Assembly (NCBI GenBank): GCA_051252135.1
Contig: JBPOGH010000006.1
Location: 32,001-96,000 of the forward strand
Direction: 5' to 3'
Source: Verrucomicrobiaceae bacterium
Lineage (GTDB): Bacteria; Verrucomicrobiota; Verrucomicrobiia; Verrucomicrobiales; Akkermansiaceae
DNA length: 64,000 nucleotides
Shown: one piece after another, positions 1 through 8,502 of the stretch
Position numbering within the stretch: the first letter of the stretch is position 1
How the letters are laid out: each line of letters opens with the position of its first letter
The notes under the pieces: generated by a model
Database searches by the model: none
What the model saw: the letters and a program-made list of their open reading frames with translations, nothing else
What the model was told of the DNA's origin: nothing
Made by a program: the position numbers and the translations under genes

Positions 1-161
1 TGGGAGATACGTGCAAGGATGTTGCGTGTGCGCAAGCGATCGGTGCGCCTTGCCTGGCGGTAGCGACGGGGAGTGTTTCGGCAGAGCAGCTGGAGCGGTG
101 CGGCGCGGATTTGGTGGTGGCTGATTTGCTTTCTCCGGAGGTGCGGAGGTTTTTGGTTTAG
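1..161 (+). CDS. HAD-superfamily hydrolase, C-terminal fragment (runs off window start)
   Basis: Frame 3 reads GDTCKDVACAQAIGAPCLAVATGSVSAEQLERCGADLVVADL..., stop TAG at 159-161; GDTxxD is HAD motif IV. Confidence 0.8.
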   Translation, partial: GDTCKDVACAQAIGAPCLAVATGSVSAEQLERCGADLVVADLLSPEVRRFLV

Positions 162-221
162 GTTATAAACCGGTGGGGTTTTTCCCATGGCGGCGGTTAT
201 TGCGGATGTTATTCTGGTGGC

Positions 222-611
222 ATGATGAGGATGAAAAAGGGGCTGAAGCCGGTGAGTCCCAACAATCGGGCCGGCTTTTATTTGAAGACCGACCTTCCGC
301 GAGGGAAGGGGCGATCCTCGATTGGAGGGGGGACCGTCTCAAATTATTCTCCGGTGACGGCGTGGCGTTATGGCTATCTGTTGCTCGCGGGAGTGATTGG
401 ATTTTTTGCGCTCGGGATGTGGGCTTACTTTTCCGGGGAGCTGATCTATTTGGGATACGCTGCGATGGTGCTGGTGCTGACCAACATTTTTTTGGCGGTG
501 GGCGAGATGGCGCTGCAGAGGGAGATTCCGCAGCGGAGTGTGGTGGTGGCGTGCCTCTGGATCCCGGTTGGCTTGATGGCGGTCTTCCAGATTTTTAGTT
601 CGATCTTCTGA
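222..611 (+). CDS. Hypothetical membrane protein (about 3 TM helices)
   Basis: Three hydrophobic segments in the C-terminal two thirds; start uncertain. Confidence 0.6.
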   Translation: MMRMKKGLKPVSPNNRAGFYLKTDLPRGKGRSSIGGGTVSNYSPVTAWRYGYLLLAGVIGFFALGMWAYFSGELIYLGYAAMVLVLTNIFLAVGEMALQREIPQRSVVVACLWIPVGLMAVFQIFSSIF

Positions 612-618
612 TCGTGCC

Positions 619-2589
619 TTAGAACGTGGCGCCGATGGAGAAGTGGAAGGTGCCGGAGTGTTCTCCGGGGTCCTGGGTGAGGGAGTGGCCGTATTCGAGG
701 CGGATGGGGCCGACGGGGAGGTCGATGCGGAGGCCGAGGCCGAGGGCCATTTCGATATCGGTTGAGAAGAGGTCGCCGGGGTCCTTGGAGAGGGTTCCGG
801 CATCGAAGAAGAGGACTCCTTTGAGGGGGCCTTTGAGGGTGCGGATGTATTCGGCATTGGCGATCCACCAGGCGGTGCCTCCGGCGGGATAGCCTCCGAC
901 GTTTGGCCCCATGTCGCGTTGGGCGAAGGAGCGGACGGATTGGGATCCTCCTTCGAATTGGCGGAGGTCGATGGGGAGGTCATCGGAGTTTCCGGTGGGG
1001 AGGATGAAGCCGGAGCGGAGGTTGGCGGCGACGGCGCTCCTGGAACCACGGGTGTCGTAGTAGCTGAGTTGACCTTCCATGGAGAAGTAGCCGACGGACT
1101 CGTCTTTGAGGGCGAGGCCCAGGGCGGTATCGAGTCCGGCATACCAGCCATCCGAGGGGAGGGCGGGATCATCGCGACGGTCGTAGCTTTGATTGAGGTA
1201 GAGGCTGGTGACGAAGTAGTCGCGCGGGCCGAGGGTGGCGATGGGGAGTCCTTCGGATTGGACGCTGGCGAAGATGCCCTGGAGTCCGACGGTGGCGGAG
1301 TAGTGCTCGAATTGGTCAAAGGTGAGCTCGGCACCGATGCCTCCTTCTGATTTGGAGTAGCCCTCGAACTCACGGGTGATGAGGTAGGCGCGTTGGGTGA
1401 AGTTGAGATCACGGCCGAGGAAGAAGGGGTCCTGGAGGGAGACTTCGCCGAGGAGGCCGAGGGAGGTGACTTCGACTCCGGCGTTGAGGTTCTTGAGGGT
1501 GCCGTTGAGGTTTCGGTCGAAGTATCGGGCGCCGAGGATGAGTCCCTCGAAGGAGCCGAGTCCGGCGGAGAGTGAGATGCCTTTGGCGTTGGTTTCCTTG
1601 AGGTGGAGGGTGGCATCGAGTTGGCCGTTGGAGAGGGGTTCTTCCTCGAGACGGACCTGGCTAAAGGCTCCGGTGGAGATGAGTTTTTTGATGCGATCGT
1701 TGATGACGCTTTCGTCGTAGGGTTTGCCTTCGGCGGGGCGGAAGGGGCGGAGGACGGCTTCGGGGTCGGTTTTTTGGAGGCCGGCAGTTTTGACGGTGCG
1801 GAGGTTGTAGCGTGGCCCGGGGGTGATGTTGAGGGTCATGCGGAGGGTGTCCGTGGCGATCTCGGTGTCCTGGGTGAGTTCGATATCGGGATATCCGATT
1901 TGGCGATAGTGGTGGGCGATGGTGAGGCGGATGCGATTGATTCTTTCGGTGGTGGCATTTTTTCCATCGAGGGCGGCCATCTCTTCGAGGAGGGCGGGAC
2001 GCGGGGGGATGGGGGAGAGGAGGATGGGTTCCCTGAGGGTGAAGAGGGGGCCGGGGTTGACGAGGAGGGTGACGGGGATGGTTCCATCCGGGGTGGGGGT
2101 TCCGCGTTGGGCTTCGAGGGTGCTGCTCCAGTAGCCATTGCTTTTGAGGAGGTCGCCGACGCGGGCGGTGCCCTCGAGGACGGCGCTCTTATGGTAGGGG
2201 AGGCGTGCGGATTTTCGTTTGGGGATTTGGAAGGCGGAGAGGAATTGTTCCTGGGCGGGGACGATGTCATTGGTGGGCCACCCTTTGACGTAGATGCCGC
2301 CGAGGTATCGGATGGTGCCGACCTTGGCCTGAAGGAGGATGGTGTCGTTTCCGGGGAGCGACCAGGTGACCTCAGCGTTAGGAGAGCCGTTGGTGCGGAG
2401 GAAGTTTTTGACAAGGAAGGCGGCGTCATCGGCCCGGGAGGGATTGGCGGGGCGTAATTTGACGAAGTAGAGCCGGCCTTCGAGAGTTTCGAGGACTTCC
2501 TTGGCCTGGGCAGCGGGGAGCCCCTCCAGCTGAAGGAGAGAAGCGGAGAGCGAGCCCAGGGAGAGGGCGATGATCAGGAGGAGTCTCAT
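619..2589 (-). CDS. tamA: BamA/TamA (Omp85) family outer-membrane protein
   Basis: Signal peptide, POTRA-like region, GGSQSVRSF (VRGF/Y-like) motif, C-terminal LPVGPIRLEYG...FHFSIGATF; overlaps the tamB stop. Confidence 0.85.
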   Translation of the reverse strand: MRLLLIIALSLGSLSASLLQLEGLPAAQAKEVLETLEGRLYFVKLRPANPSRADDAAFLVKNFLRTNGSPNAEVTWSLPGNDTILLQAKVGTIRYLGGIYVKGWPTNDIVPAQEQFLSAFQIPKRKSARLPYHKSAVLEGTARVGDLLKSNGYWSSTLEAQRGTPTPDGTIPVTLLVNPGPLFTLREPILLSPIPPRPALLEEMAALDGKNATTERINRIRLTIAHHYRQIGYPDIELTQDTEIATDTLRMTLNITPGPRYNLRTVKTAGLQKTDPEAVLRPFRPAEGKPYDESVINDRIKKLISTGAFSQVRLEEEPLSNGQLDATLHLKETNAKGISLSAGLGSFEGLILGARYFDRNLNGTLKNLNAGVEVTSLGLLGEVSLQDPFFLGRDLNFTQRAYLITREFEGYSKSEGGIGAELTFDQFEHYSATVGLQGIFASVQSEGLPIATLGPRDYFVTSLYLNQSYDRRDDPALPSDGWYAGLDTALGLALKDESVGYFSMEGQLSYYDTRGSRSAVAANLRSGFILPTGNSDDLPIDLRQFEGGSQSVRSFAQRDMGPNVGGYPAGGTAWWIANAEYIRTLKGPLKGVLFFDAGTLSKDPGDLFSTDIEMALGLGLRIDLPVGPIRLEYGHSLTQDPGEHSGTFHFSIGATF

Positions 2590-5500
2590 CGGAAGCGGAT
2601 GGAGAAGACGACCATGGCGCGGGTGGCTCCTTTGTCATCAACAGAAGTGGTGATGGCCCATTTTTCCGAGAGGTCCATGGTGGCGGAGGTGAAGTGGCGG
2701 CCGGAGAAACGGTTGTAGTCACCGAGGTTGAGTTTGATTTGGTCGGAGTTTTTGAGGAGGCGTTCGACGATGCTGTTGGATCCTTCTTTTCCGTAGCGAC
2801 GGCGGAGGCCTTCGATGAGGTACTGAAGGGCTTTTTGGGAGGCGACGGAGCGGTTATTGAGGGCGGATGCGGCGGAGCCGGTGGAAAGGAGGAGGAGGAT
2901 TTCGTTTTCCGGAAGGGGGGGCTCGGAGGTGATGGTGAGCTTGGGATTCGAGACGGTGCCGCCGACGTAGATCTGAACTTCATATCCGCTGACCTGGGAG
3001 GTGGCGCGGACGTCGAGATTCGGTTCGGTGAGTTTGTTGGGGCTGAGGGTGATTTCACCGGAGACGACGCGGAGTTCGGAGAAGGGGAGGTCTGCCTTAA
3101 GGTTATCGGAGGTGATTTTTCCGGAAGTTTGGATGTCGCCGAGGGTGCCGGTGATTCTGGTATCGGCGAGGAGTTGTCCGGTGACGAGATTTCCCCGGAT
3201 GAGGATGGGGTCTTGAGTGACGAGGTGGAGATCGACGGGCCAGTTGGTGTAGGGCTCGGGAAGGGAGTAGAGCTTGGAGGAGTTGACGATGGAGAGATTG
3301 GGAACCTGGGGGCGGGGGGCCTCGCTGGTGGAGATGCCGAAGGGGAGGATTTCGACGTCCTTGTAAACGATGCTTTCGACGAGGGGGACTTTTCCGGCGA
3401 TGCGGGCGGAGTCAAGAGGGCCGACGATGGTGAGGGTGGGGTTGGCGCGGATGGAGTAATCGACATCCCGCCAGATGAGGGTGTTGGAGCCGTTGAGGTT
3501 GAGGTTGATGAAGGGGGTTTCTCCGAGGGTGACGGTGCCGTTGAGGTTTATTTTTCCTCCGGCGGCGGTGATTTCCGAGGGGATGACGGTGATGGTGTTC
3601 TCGCGGAATTTGAGTCGGAGGCGGGAGTCGCGGAAGTCACTGACAGGGGAGTCACTGATGCGTGCGTGGTCGACGGCGAGGTCGGCATCACCGGCGAGTT
3701 CGGGTTTGGCAATGGTGCCGCGTGCGGAGACGTCGACCTTGGCGGTGCCTTGAAGATCCTGGATGGCGGGGAGGAAGGGTTGGAGGCGCTGGAGATTAAG
3801 ACGGGGGGTTTGGGCGTCGAAAAAGAGGGGTTCCTTTTGGAGGGAGCCGGGGTTCTCGATCCATTGTTTGGGGTGAAGGGGGAGGCGTCCGGTGAGGGTG
3901 AGGAGGTCGCCTCCGGGTTCACGGAGATTTCCGTTGAGGAAGAGGGTTTCGTTTTCGGTGCGAAGGGTGGCGGAGAAGTCGGCAGGCGGGAGGTCGGCGA
4001 GGGTGGTGTCCTGAACCTGTTTGAGGTTGAGGTCACCGCTGACGAGTGGTTTGGCGAAGGTGCCGGTGAGATTGAGGGAGGCGGAGGCGGTGCCACGGAG
4101 GGTGTCCTGAGCGCGTGCGAGCGGGAAGGGTGCGAGCTTGAAGTCGAAGTCGATTTTTTCATCGAGGGCGGCGAGGTCATCGAAGTCCCGTGCGCTGAGC
4201 GGGAGGGGGAGTTTTCCCGAACCGGAACCGAGGGGGCCGTTGGGATCCTTGATGGAGAGGCTGGTGACGGTGGCCATGCCCTTGGCCCAGGTGGCGGTGG
4301 AAGTGATGGTGAGGTCCTCGCGTTGGACGGTGAGGCCGGTGAAGGAGAAGGATTCGGGCCAATTCCAGGCGGCCTGGCCGGAGGCGGAGATGGTGGGGGC
4401 GTCTTTGGCGGTGTAGTTGAGGGATTCGATGGTGGCGTTTCCCTGATGGGTTTGGTCCTTGAGATCGCCGAGGGCCTCGAGGGTGAGGTGGGTTTTTCCG
4501 AGGCCGGGGAAGAGTCTGTCGGCGTCGGCAAGGTGGGAGGTGAGGGTGGCCCGGTAAGTTTGGGATTCGGGGATGAAGTGGCCCTTGAGGTGGAGTTGGT
4601 CGAGGGTGTTGGCGGTGAGGGCGGCTTCTTCGCCATTCCATTTTACGGTGCCATCGAAGGGCGGGATTTCTTCCGAGGTGAGGGTCCAATCGAGATTGGC
4701 GAGGGATTTGGGGAGTTCTTCGGCGAGGGTGACGGTGCCTTTTGCGGCGAATGCGCCGGCGAAGGCGTCTCCGATGGCGAAGTCGGTGGTGAGGTCGAGA
4801 TTGGCGTCCTGGTCGTTGAGGTCGGCGATGAGGTTGAGACTGGCAATGCGGTTCTCCTGATAGCTGATGTTCTTGCCTGCGAGGTCGAGGTCGAGGATGC
4901 GGGGGCCGTTTTTTGCAAGTGCGGCGGTGAGGTTGAGGCGGGTGATGGTGCCTTCGAGGGGGAGGTCCTGCTGTGCGAGACGGGCGACATTGGCGAGGTC
5001 GAGCGGGGTATTTCCGAGGGAGAGGGAGTGGGTGGTCCTGAGATCGCTGGAGACGGAGAGATCGGAGCCGGTGAGTTGGAGGGTGGTGTCCAGACGGGAG
5101 GGGGCGTTGAGGGAGAGGTTGCGGAGGCCGAGTTCGGGAAGGAGGTCGAGTTGGTCGATGGCGAGGTGGTCTTTTTGCCAGGTGATGGTGACGGGAGGGG
5201 AGGTGTGGGGTTCGGTTTGGGAGGTGTCGTTGCGAAGGGAGTCGATGAGGAAGGTGTCGGTGTGAGCCTGGTGGGTGAGGCTGCCGATGGAGAGATCGGC
5301 GGTGAAGTCGGCCTTTTTAATGCGGACGTTGAGGTTATTTGCGGTGAGGTCGACGGGTTTTACGAAGGGGAGGATGCCGTTGAGGGTATCGACGAGGGGT
5401 TTCTCCGTTTTGGGTTTTTCGTTGTTTGATTCGGGTGCTTGATCGAGGTCGAGGTGCAGGGTGAGGCCTTCGATGGTGAGGGCGTCGATTTTTCCGGAGG

Positions 5501-5807
5501 TGATGCGGGAGAGGCTGTAGTCGAGATCGGTTTTATCGGCGGAGAATTTTTGGATGAATCCATCGCCGGTGAGGGAGACGTTTTGGAGTTCGTAGCCGCT
5601 GGCGAGATTTCCGGTGAGTTGGTAGTCGCCACTGAGGCCTTGTTTTTCGAGTTGGGAGGCGATGGCTTTTTCGGCCGTCCATCGGGATCCGGGTCCGCTG
5701 AACCAGAGGAGGGCGAGGAGGAGCAGAAGGAAGAGCACGGAGAAGCGCCGAAGCCATTTGCGGCGACGTTTCGGTGGTGCTTCCTGGGGTTCCTCGGGGG
5801 ATGACAT
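2586..5807 (-). CDS. tamB: Translocation/assembly module TamB (AsmA-like, DUF490 C-terminus)
   Basis: N-terminal basic patch plus TM anchor, long beta-rich body, C-terminal P.L...S.P.LPENEILLLLSTG motif; adjacent to an Omp85 gene. Confidence 0.85.
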   Translation of the reverse strand: MSSPEEPQEAPPKRRRKWLRRFSVLFLLLLLALLWFSGPGSRWTAEKAIASQLEKQGLSGDYQLTGNLASGYELQNVSLTGDGFIQKFSADKTDLDYSLSRITSGKIDALTIEGLTLHLDLDQAPESNNEKPKTEKPLVDTLNGILPFVKPVDLTANNLNVRIKKADFTADLSIGSLTHQAHTDTFLIDSLRNDTSQTEPHTSPPVTITWQKDHLAIDQLDLLPELGLRNLSLNAPSRLDTTLQLTGSDLSVSSDLRTTHSLSLGNTPLDLANVARLAQQDLPLEGTITRLNLTAALAKNGPRILDLDLAGKNISYQENRIASLNLIADLNDQDANLDLTTDFAIGDAFAGAFAAKGTVTLAEELPKSLANLDWTLTSEEIPPFDGTVKWNGEEAALTANTLDQLHLKGHFIPESQTYRATLTSHLADADRLFPGLGKTHLTLEALGDLKDQTHQGNATIESLNYTAKDAPTISASGQAAWNWPESFSFTGLTVQREDLTITSTATWAKGMATVTSLSIKDPNGPLGSGSGKLPLPLSARDFDDLAALDEKIDFDFKLAPFPLARAQDTLRGTASASLNLTGTFAKPLVSGDLNLKQVQDTTLADLPPADFSATLRTENETLFLNGNLREPGGDLLTLTGRLPLHPKQWIENPGSLQKEPLFFDAQTPRLNLQRLQPFLPAIQDLQGTAKVDVSARGTIAKPELAGDADLAVDHARISDSPVSDFRDSRLRLKFRENTITVIPSEITAAGGKINLNGTVTLGETPFINLNLNGSNTLIWRDVDYSIRANPTLTIVGPLDSARIAGKVPLVESIVYKDVEILPFGISTSEAPRPQVPNLSIVNSSKLYSLPEPYTNWPVDLHLVTQDPILIRGNLVTGQLLADTRITGTLGDIQTSGKITSDNLKADLPFSELRVVSGEITLSPNKLTEPNLDVRATSQVSGYEVQIYVGGTVSNPKLTITSEPPLPENEILLLLSTGSAASALNNRSVASQKALQYLIEGLRRRYGKEGSNSIVERLLKNSDQIKLNLGDYNRFSGRHFTSATMDLSEKWAITTSVDDKGATRAMVVFSIRFR

Positions 5808-6683
5808 TTACGGGAGGGAGAGGTGGGAGATGATTTCTTGGGCGGATGTGACCGGGGTGAGCCAGGATTCGCGACGGAACCAGTTGGCTTGGCGTTTGGC
5901 GTATTGACGGGTGGAGATGGTGATTAATTCGAGGCAGGTTTCGTAGTCGATGTCACCATTGAGATGAGATTGAATTTCTTTGACCCCGATGGCTTGTTTG
6001 ACGGTAGCAGCGTTTTGAGGAAGTGCCCGAACTTCTTCGATGGCTCCGTTTTTGAGCATGAGGGGGGTGCGTTGGGCGATGCGTTGGATGAGTTGTTCGC
6101 GGGGCCATTGGAGGACGAAGCCCCGGAGGTCGGCTTCATGGGTGGCTTCGGCGAAGTTTTTTCTCAGTTCGGAGGCTTTCTTTCCGGTGAGGAGGCAGAT
6201 TTCGAGGGCGCGGCTGAGGTGGCGGTGGTTGCCGGAGTTTTGGCGAGCGGCTTCTTCTGGATCGAGTTCCAGGAGTTGGCGGTAGATTTCCGCGACGGGG
6301 ATTTTTTCGAGTTTGGCGCGGAGTTCGGGGTCGCCGGGAGGAGCTTCGGTGCGTCCGTGGGTGAGGAATTTGAGGTAGAGTCCGGAGCCGCCGACGACGA
6401 TGGGAAGTTTTCCGCGCGAGGCGATTTCTGCAATGACGGGGCGGGCGAGGGTTTCGTATTGTGCGGCATCGAATGATTCGGTGAGGGGAAGAATGCCGTA
6501 GAGGTGGTGGGGGACTAGCGAGAGTTCATCCGGAGTGGGGGCGGCGGAGAGGACTTCCAATCCGCGATAGACCTGAAAAGCGTCGCCATTGACGATCTCT
6601 CCATCGAGGGCTTGGGCGACCCGGATGGCGGTGGCGCTTTTTCCTGATGCGGTGGGTCCGCAAAGGTAGACGGGAGAGCGCAT
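5808..6683 (-). CDS. miaA: tRNA dimethylallyltransferase
   Basis: GPTASGKS P-loop, DAFQVYRG, VGGSGLY, TRQYAKRQ motifs. Confidence 0.97.
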   Translation of the reverse strand: MRSPVYLCGPTASGKSATAIRVAQALDGEIVNGDAFQVYRGLEVLSAAPTPDELSLVPHHLYGILPLTESFDAAQYETLARPVIAEIASRGKLPIVVGGSGLYLKFLTHGRTEAPPGDPELRAKLEKIPVAEIYRQLLELDPEEAARQNSGNHRHLSRALEICLLTGKKASELRKNFAEATHEADLRGFVLQWPREQLIQRIAQRTPLMLKNGAIEEVRALPQNAATVKQAIGVKEIQSHLNGDIDYETCLELITISTRQYAKRQANWFRRESWLTPVTSAQEIISHLSLP

Positions 6684-6686
6684 GAT

Positions 6687-6721
6687 AAAAAAAGCCCGCC
6701 CGGCGTTGCCAGACGGGCTTT
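6687..6721 (-). terminator. Intrinsic terminator after the RRM gene
   Basis: Minus strand AAAGCCCGTCTGGC-AAC-GCCGGGCGGGC followed by T7. Confidence 0.8.
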
Positions 6722-6741
6722 AAGATTAACTTACGAAACGG

Positions 6742-7446
6742 TTACGCCGTTTCTTCTTTTTCCTCTTCTTCGGGGACCTCGGCACCATCGCTTGGTGGAG
6801 GACCGTCTGATTTGGCGACATTGACGATGAGGGTGCGTCCCATGAAGGGTTGGTCATGGAGGACCTCGATGGCGCGCTTGGCTTCTTCGATTTGGCCCAT
6901 GGTGACGAATCCGTAGCCCTTCGAGCGATGGGTGTTCCGGTTGTAGACGATGTCGATGTTACGGACCGATCCGACTCCCTTGAAGAGGTCTTCGACGTCG
7001 TGCTCGGCGGCGTCGTAAGACAGGTTGCCGATGTAGAGTCGGCGGGAGTCAACGGCGGAGACATCGGGCACTTCGCGTTTGCGGGTGCGTCCTTTGGGGG
7101 TGCGGGTGTTCTCGCGTGGAGGCCGCTCGCTTCTTTCGCCTCTCTCGGAGGTGGCAGCTTTTTTACGAGGGATGCGCTGAGGTTCGCCGGTGACGGGTTT
7201 ATAGAGGCCGAAGAACTTGAGGATCTTCTGCCATGTGGTGAGCGGCTTGGGTTTTGGGGTGCGGCGGCGTGAGCTGTTACGCTGACGTCCGTTGTTACCG
7301 CCCCGGTTGTCCCTGCCATCGCGATCGCCACTGTTACGGCTTCTGTTGCGATTGCGGTTACGATTGCGATTACGGTTGTTGCCACCGCGATTATCCGACC
7401 GCGAAGATGACTGGTCGGTTTGGTTGTTGTTATCTGATGTAGACAT
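6742..7446 (-). CDS. RRM (RNP-1) RNA-binding protein with Arg/Asn-rich N-terminal disordered region
   Basis: RNP2 LYIGNL and RNP1 KGYGFVTM; N-terminal NRNRNRNRNR tract; acidic tail. Confidence 0.92.
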   Translation of the reverse strand: MSTSDNNNQTDQSSSRSDNRGGNNRNRNRNRNRNRSRNSGDRDGRDNRGGNNGRQRNSSRRRTPKPKPLTTWQKILKFFGLYKPVTGEPQRIPRKKAATSERGERSERPPRENTRTPKGRTRKREVPDVSAVDSRRLYIGNLSYDAAEHDVEDLFKGVGSVRNIDIVYNRNTHRSKGYGFVTMGQIEEAKRAIEVLHDQPFMGRTLIVNVAKSDGPPPSDGAEVPEEEEKEETA

Positions 7447-7462
7447 TCTGGTGTTGGGTTAT

Positions 7463-7696
7463 TTCCCATGCATCGCCTCTCACCCAATGACCGGTGAAGC
7501 ACCCGGACGATCCACTCTTGCGAAGCTGGACGACGTCTGTGTGGCTCCGATGGTCCGAATCATAAAATATGGATCCGGAAGGGGAGATGTTGATGCTGGT
7601 GCGAGTTGTTTTTCGGATTTTCGCTTTCCACCCATTTTTGAGGGCCCACCAAAGGTGAGGAGCCCGGGAACTCTCTTGGAGGGCGATCCATAGGAA
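7463..7696 (-). ncRNA. Putative structured RNA (5' leader of the RRM gene)
   Basis: Closing stem 7679-7696/7463-7481 plus several internal hairpins; G-U wobble pairs form only on the minus strand. Confidence 0.6.
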
Positions 7697-7853
7697 GACC
7701 GGCCGGAGTGTTGAATTGAGTGTGAAGCGAAAGAGCGTAAAATGCGTCGCGGGAAGAATTTAAGGTCAGTTTACGGGATAGCAAGGGGCGATTGCAGCGA
7801 TTGTGCCGAGGAGGGGAATTGACGGTCGGGTGGCTTCTGGTGTACACGATGTC

Positions 7854-8462
7854 ATGACAAACCCCCTCCCTATTGTCGTTTCCGTAGTTTTGCCCCTGAT
7901 CCTTGGGAGTTGTGCCCAGATGTATATGAAGGATCACGGGTTTCGAGACACGCCTCCGGTGGAGGTGAATTCAGCGCAGGTGAGGAGTGGATTGAAGCCG
8001 ATGGGAGGGAAGGCGGGGTTTTCGATGTCGGCGATGGTTTATGCTGCCGGCACGGGAACGCTGGACGGTCCCTTTCTGTGGCGGGTGGAGGCAGAGGGAG
8101 AGGAAGGGGTGCATGAGTATCTGCGGGTGAACAAGGTGCGGGTGTCGACGAAGATGACGAAGCGGGATGAATGGTATCCCCGGAAATTTTTGGGAATTAA
8201 TGCGCCCTTTGAAAAGCTGCCGGGTGAGGAGGGGAAGTCGTTTGCGCAGTATCAGATTCCCGGACGTCTGACGGTGATGCCCCGTGAGGACGGGGAGGTG
8301 ACGATTTATCTGAATGTATCGGTGAAGGCGAGGGGGGTGGTGAAGAGTGAGTGGATCAAATTCAAACTGGAGCCGGAAACGAAGTGGAAGACGGACTCGG
8401 TGTTTCTTCCCACGGAGATCGTGAAAAGCGTTCGCGGGAATCCTCGCGAGTGGAATTGGTAG
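7854..8462 (+). CDS. Hypothetical lipoprotein
   Basis: From ATG 7854: MTNPLPIVVSVVLPLILGSC, hydrophobic stretch with lipobox LGSC. Confidence 0.7.
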   Translation: MTNPLPIVVSVVLPLILGSCAQMYMKDHGFRDTPPVEVNSAQVRSGLKPMGGKAGFSMSAMVYAAGTGTLDGPFLWRVEAEGEEGVHEYLRVNKVRVSTKMTKRDEWYPRKFLGINAPFEKLPGEEGKSFAQYQIPGRLTVMPREDGEVTIYLNVSVKARGVVKSEWIKFKLEPETKWKTDSVFLPTEIVKSVRGNPREWNW

Positions 8463-8502
8463 AAGGTTGCCAGCGTCACGAAGGAGGGCTAGGGTTTTAT
8501 CC

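Noticed and set aside
2694..5429. 911-aa plus-strand ORF and the many other G/E/V/D-rich or S/P/T-rich overlapping ORFs
   Set aside because: They are antisense or alternative-frame shadows of well-supported genes, caused by high GC and strand skew.
7463..7696. 6S RNA, tmRNA, SRP or RNase P
   Set aside because: It is multibranched rather than a rod with a central bubble, and I see no tRNA-like ends, SRP loop or RNase P consensus. Only an Rfam search can exclude these fully.
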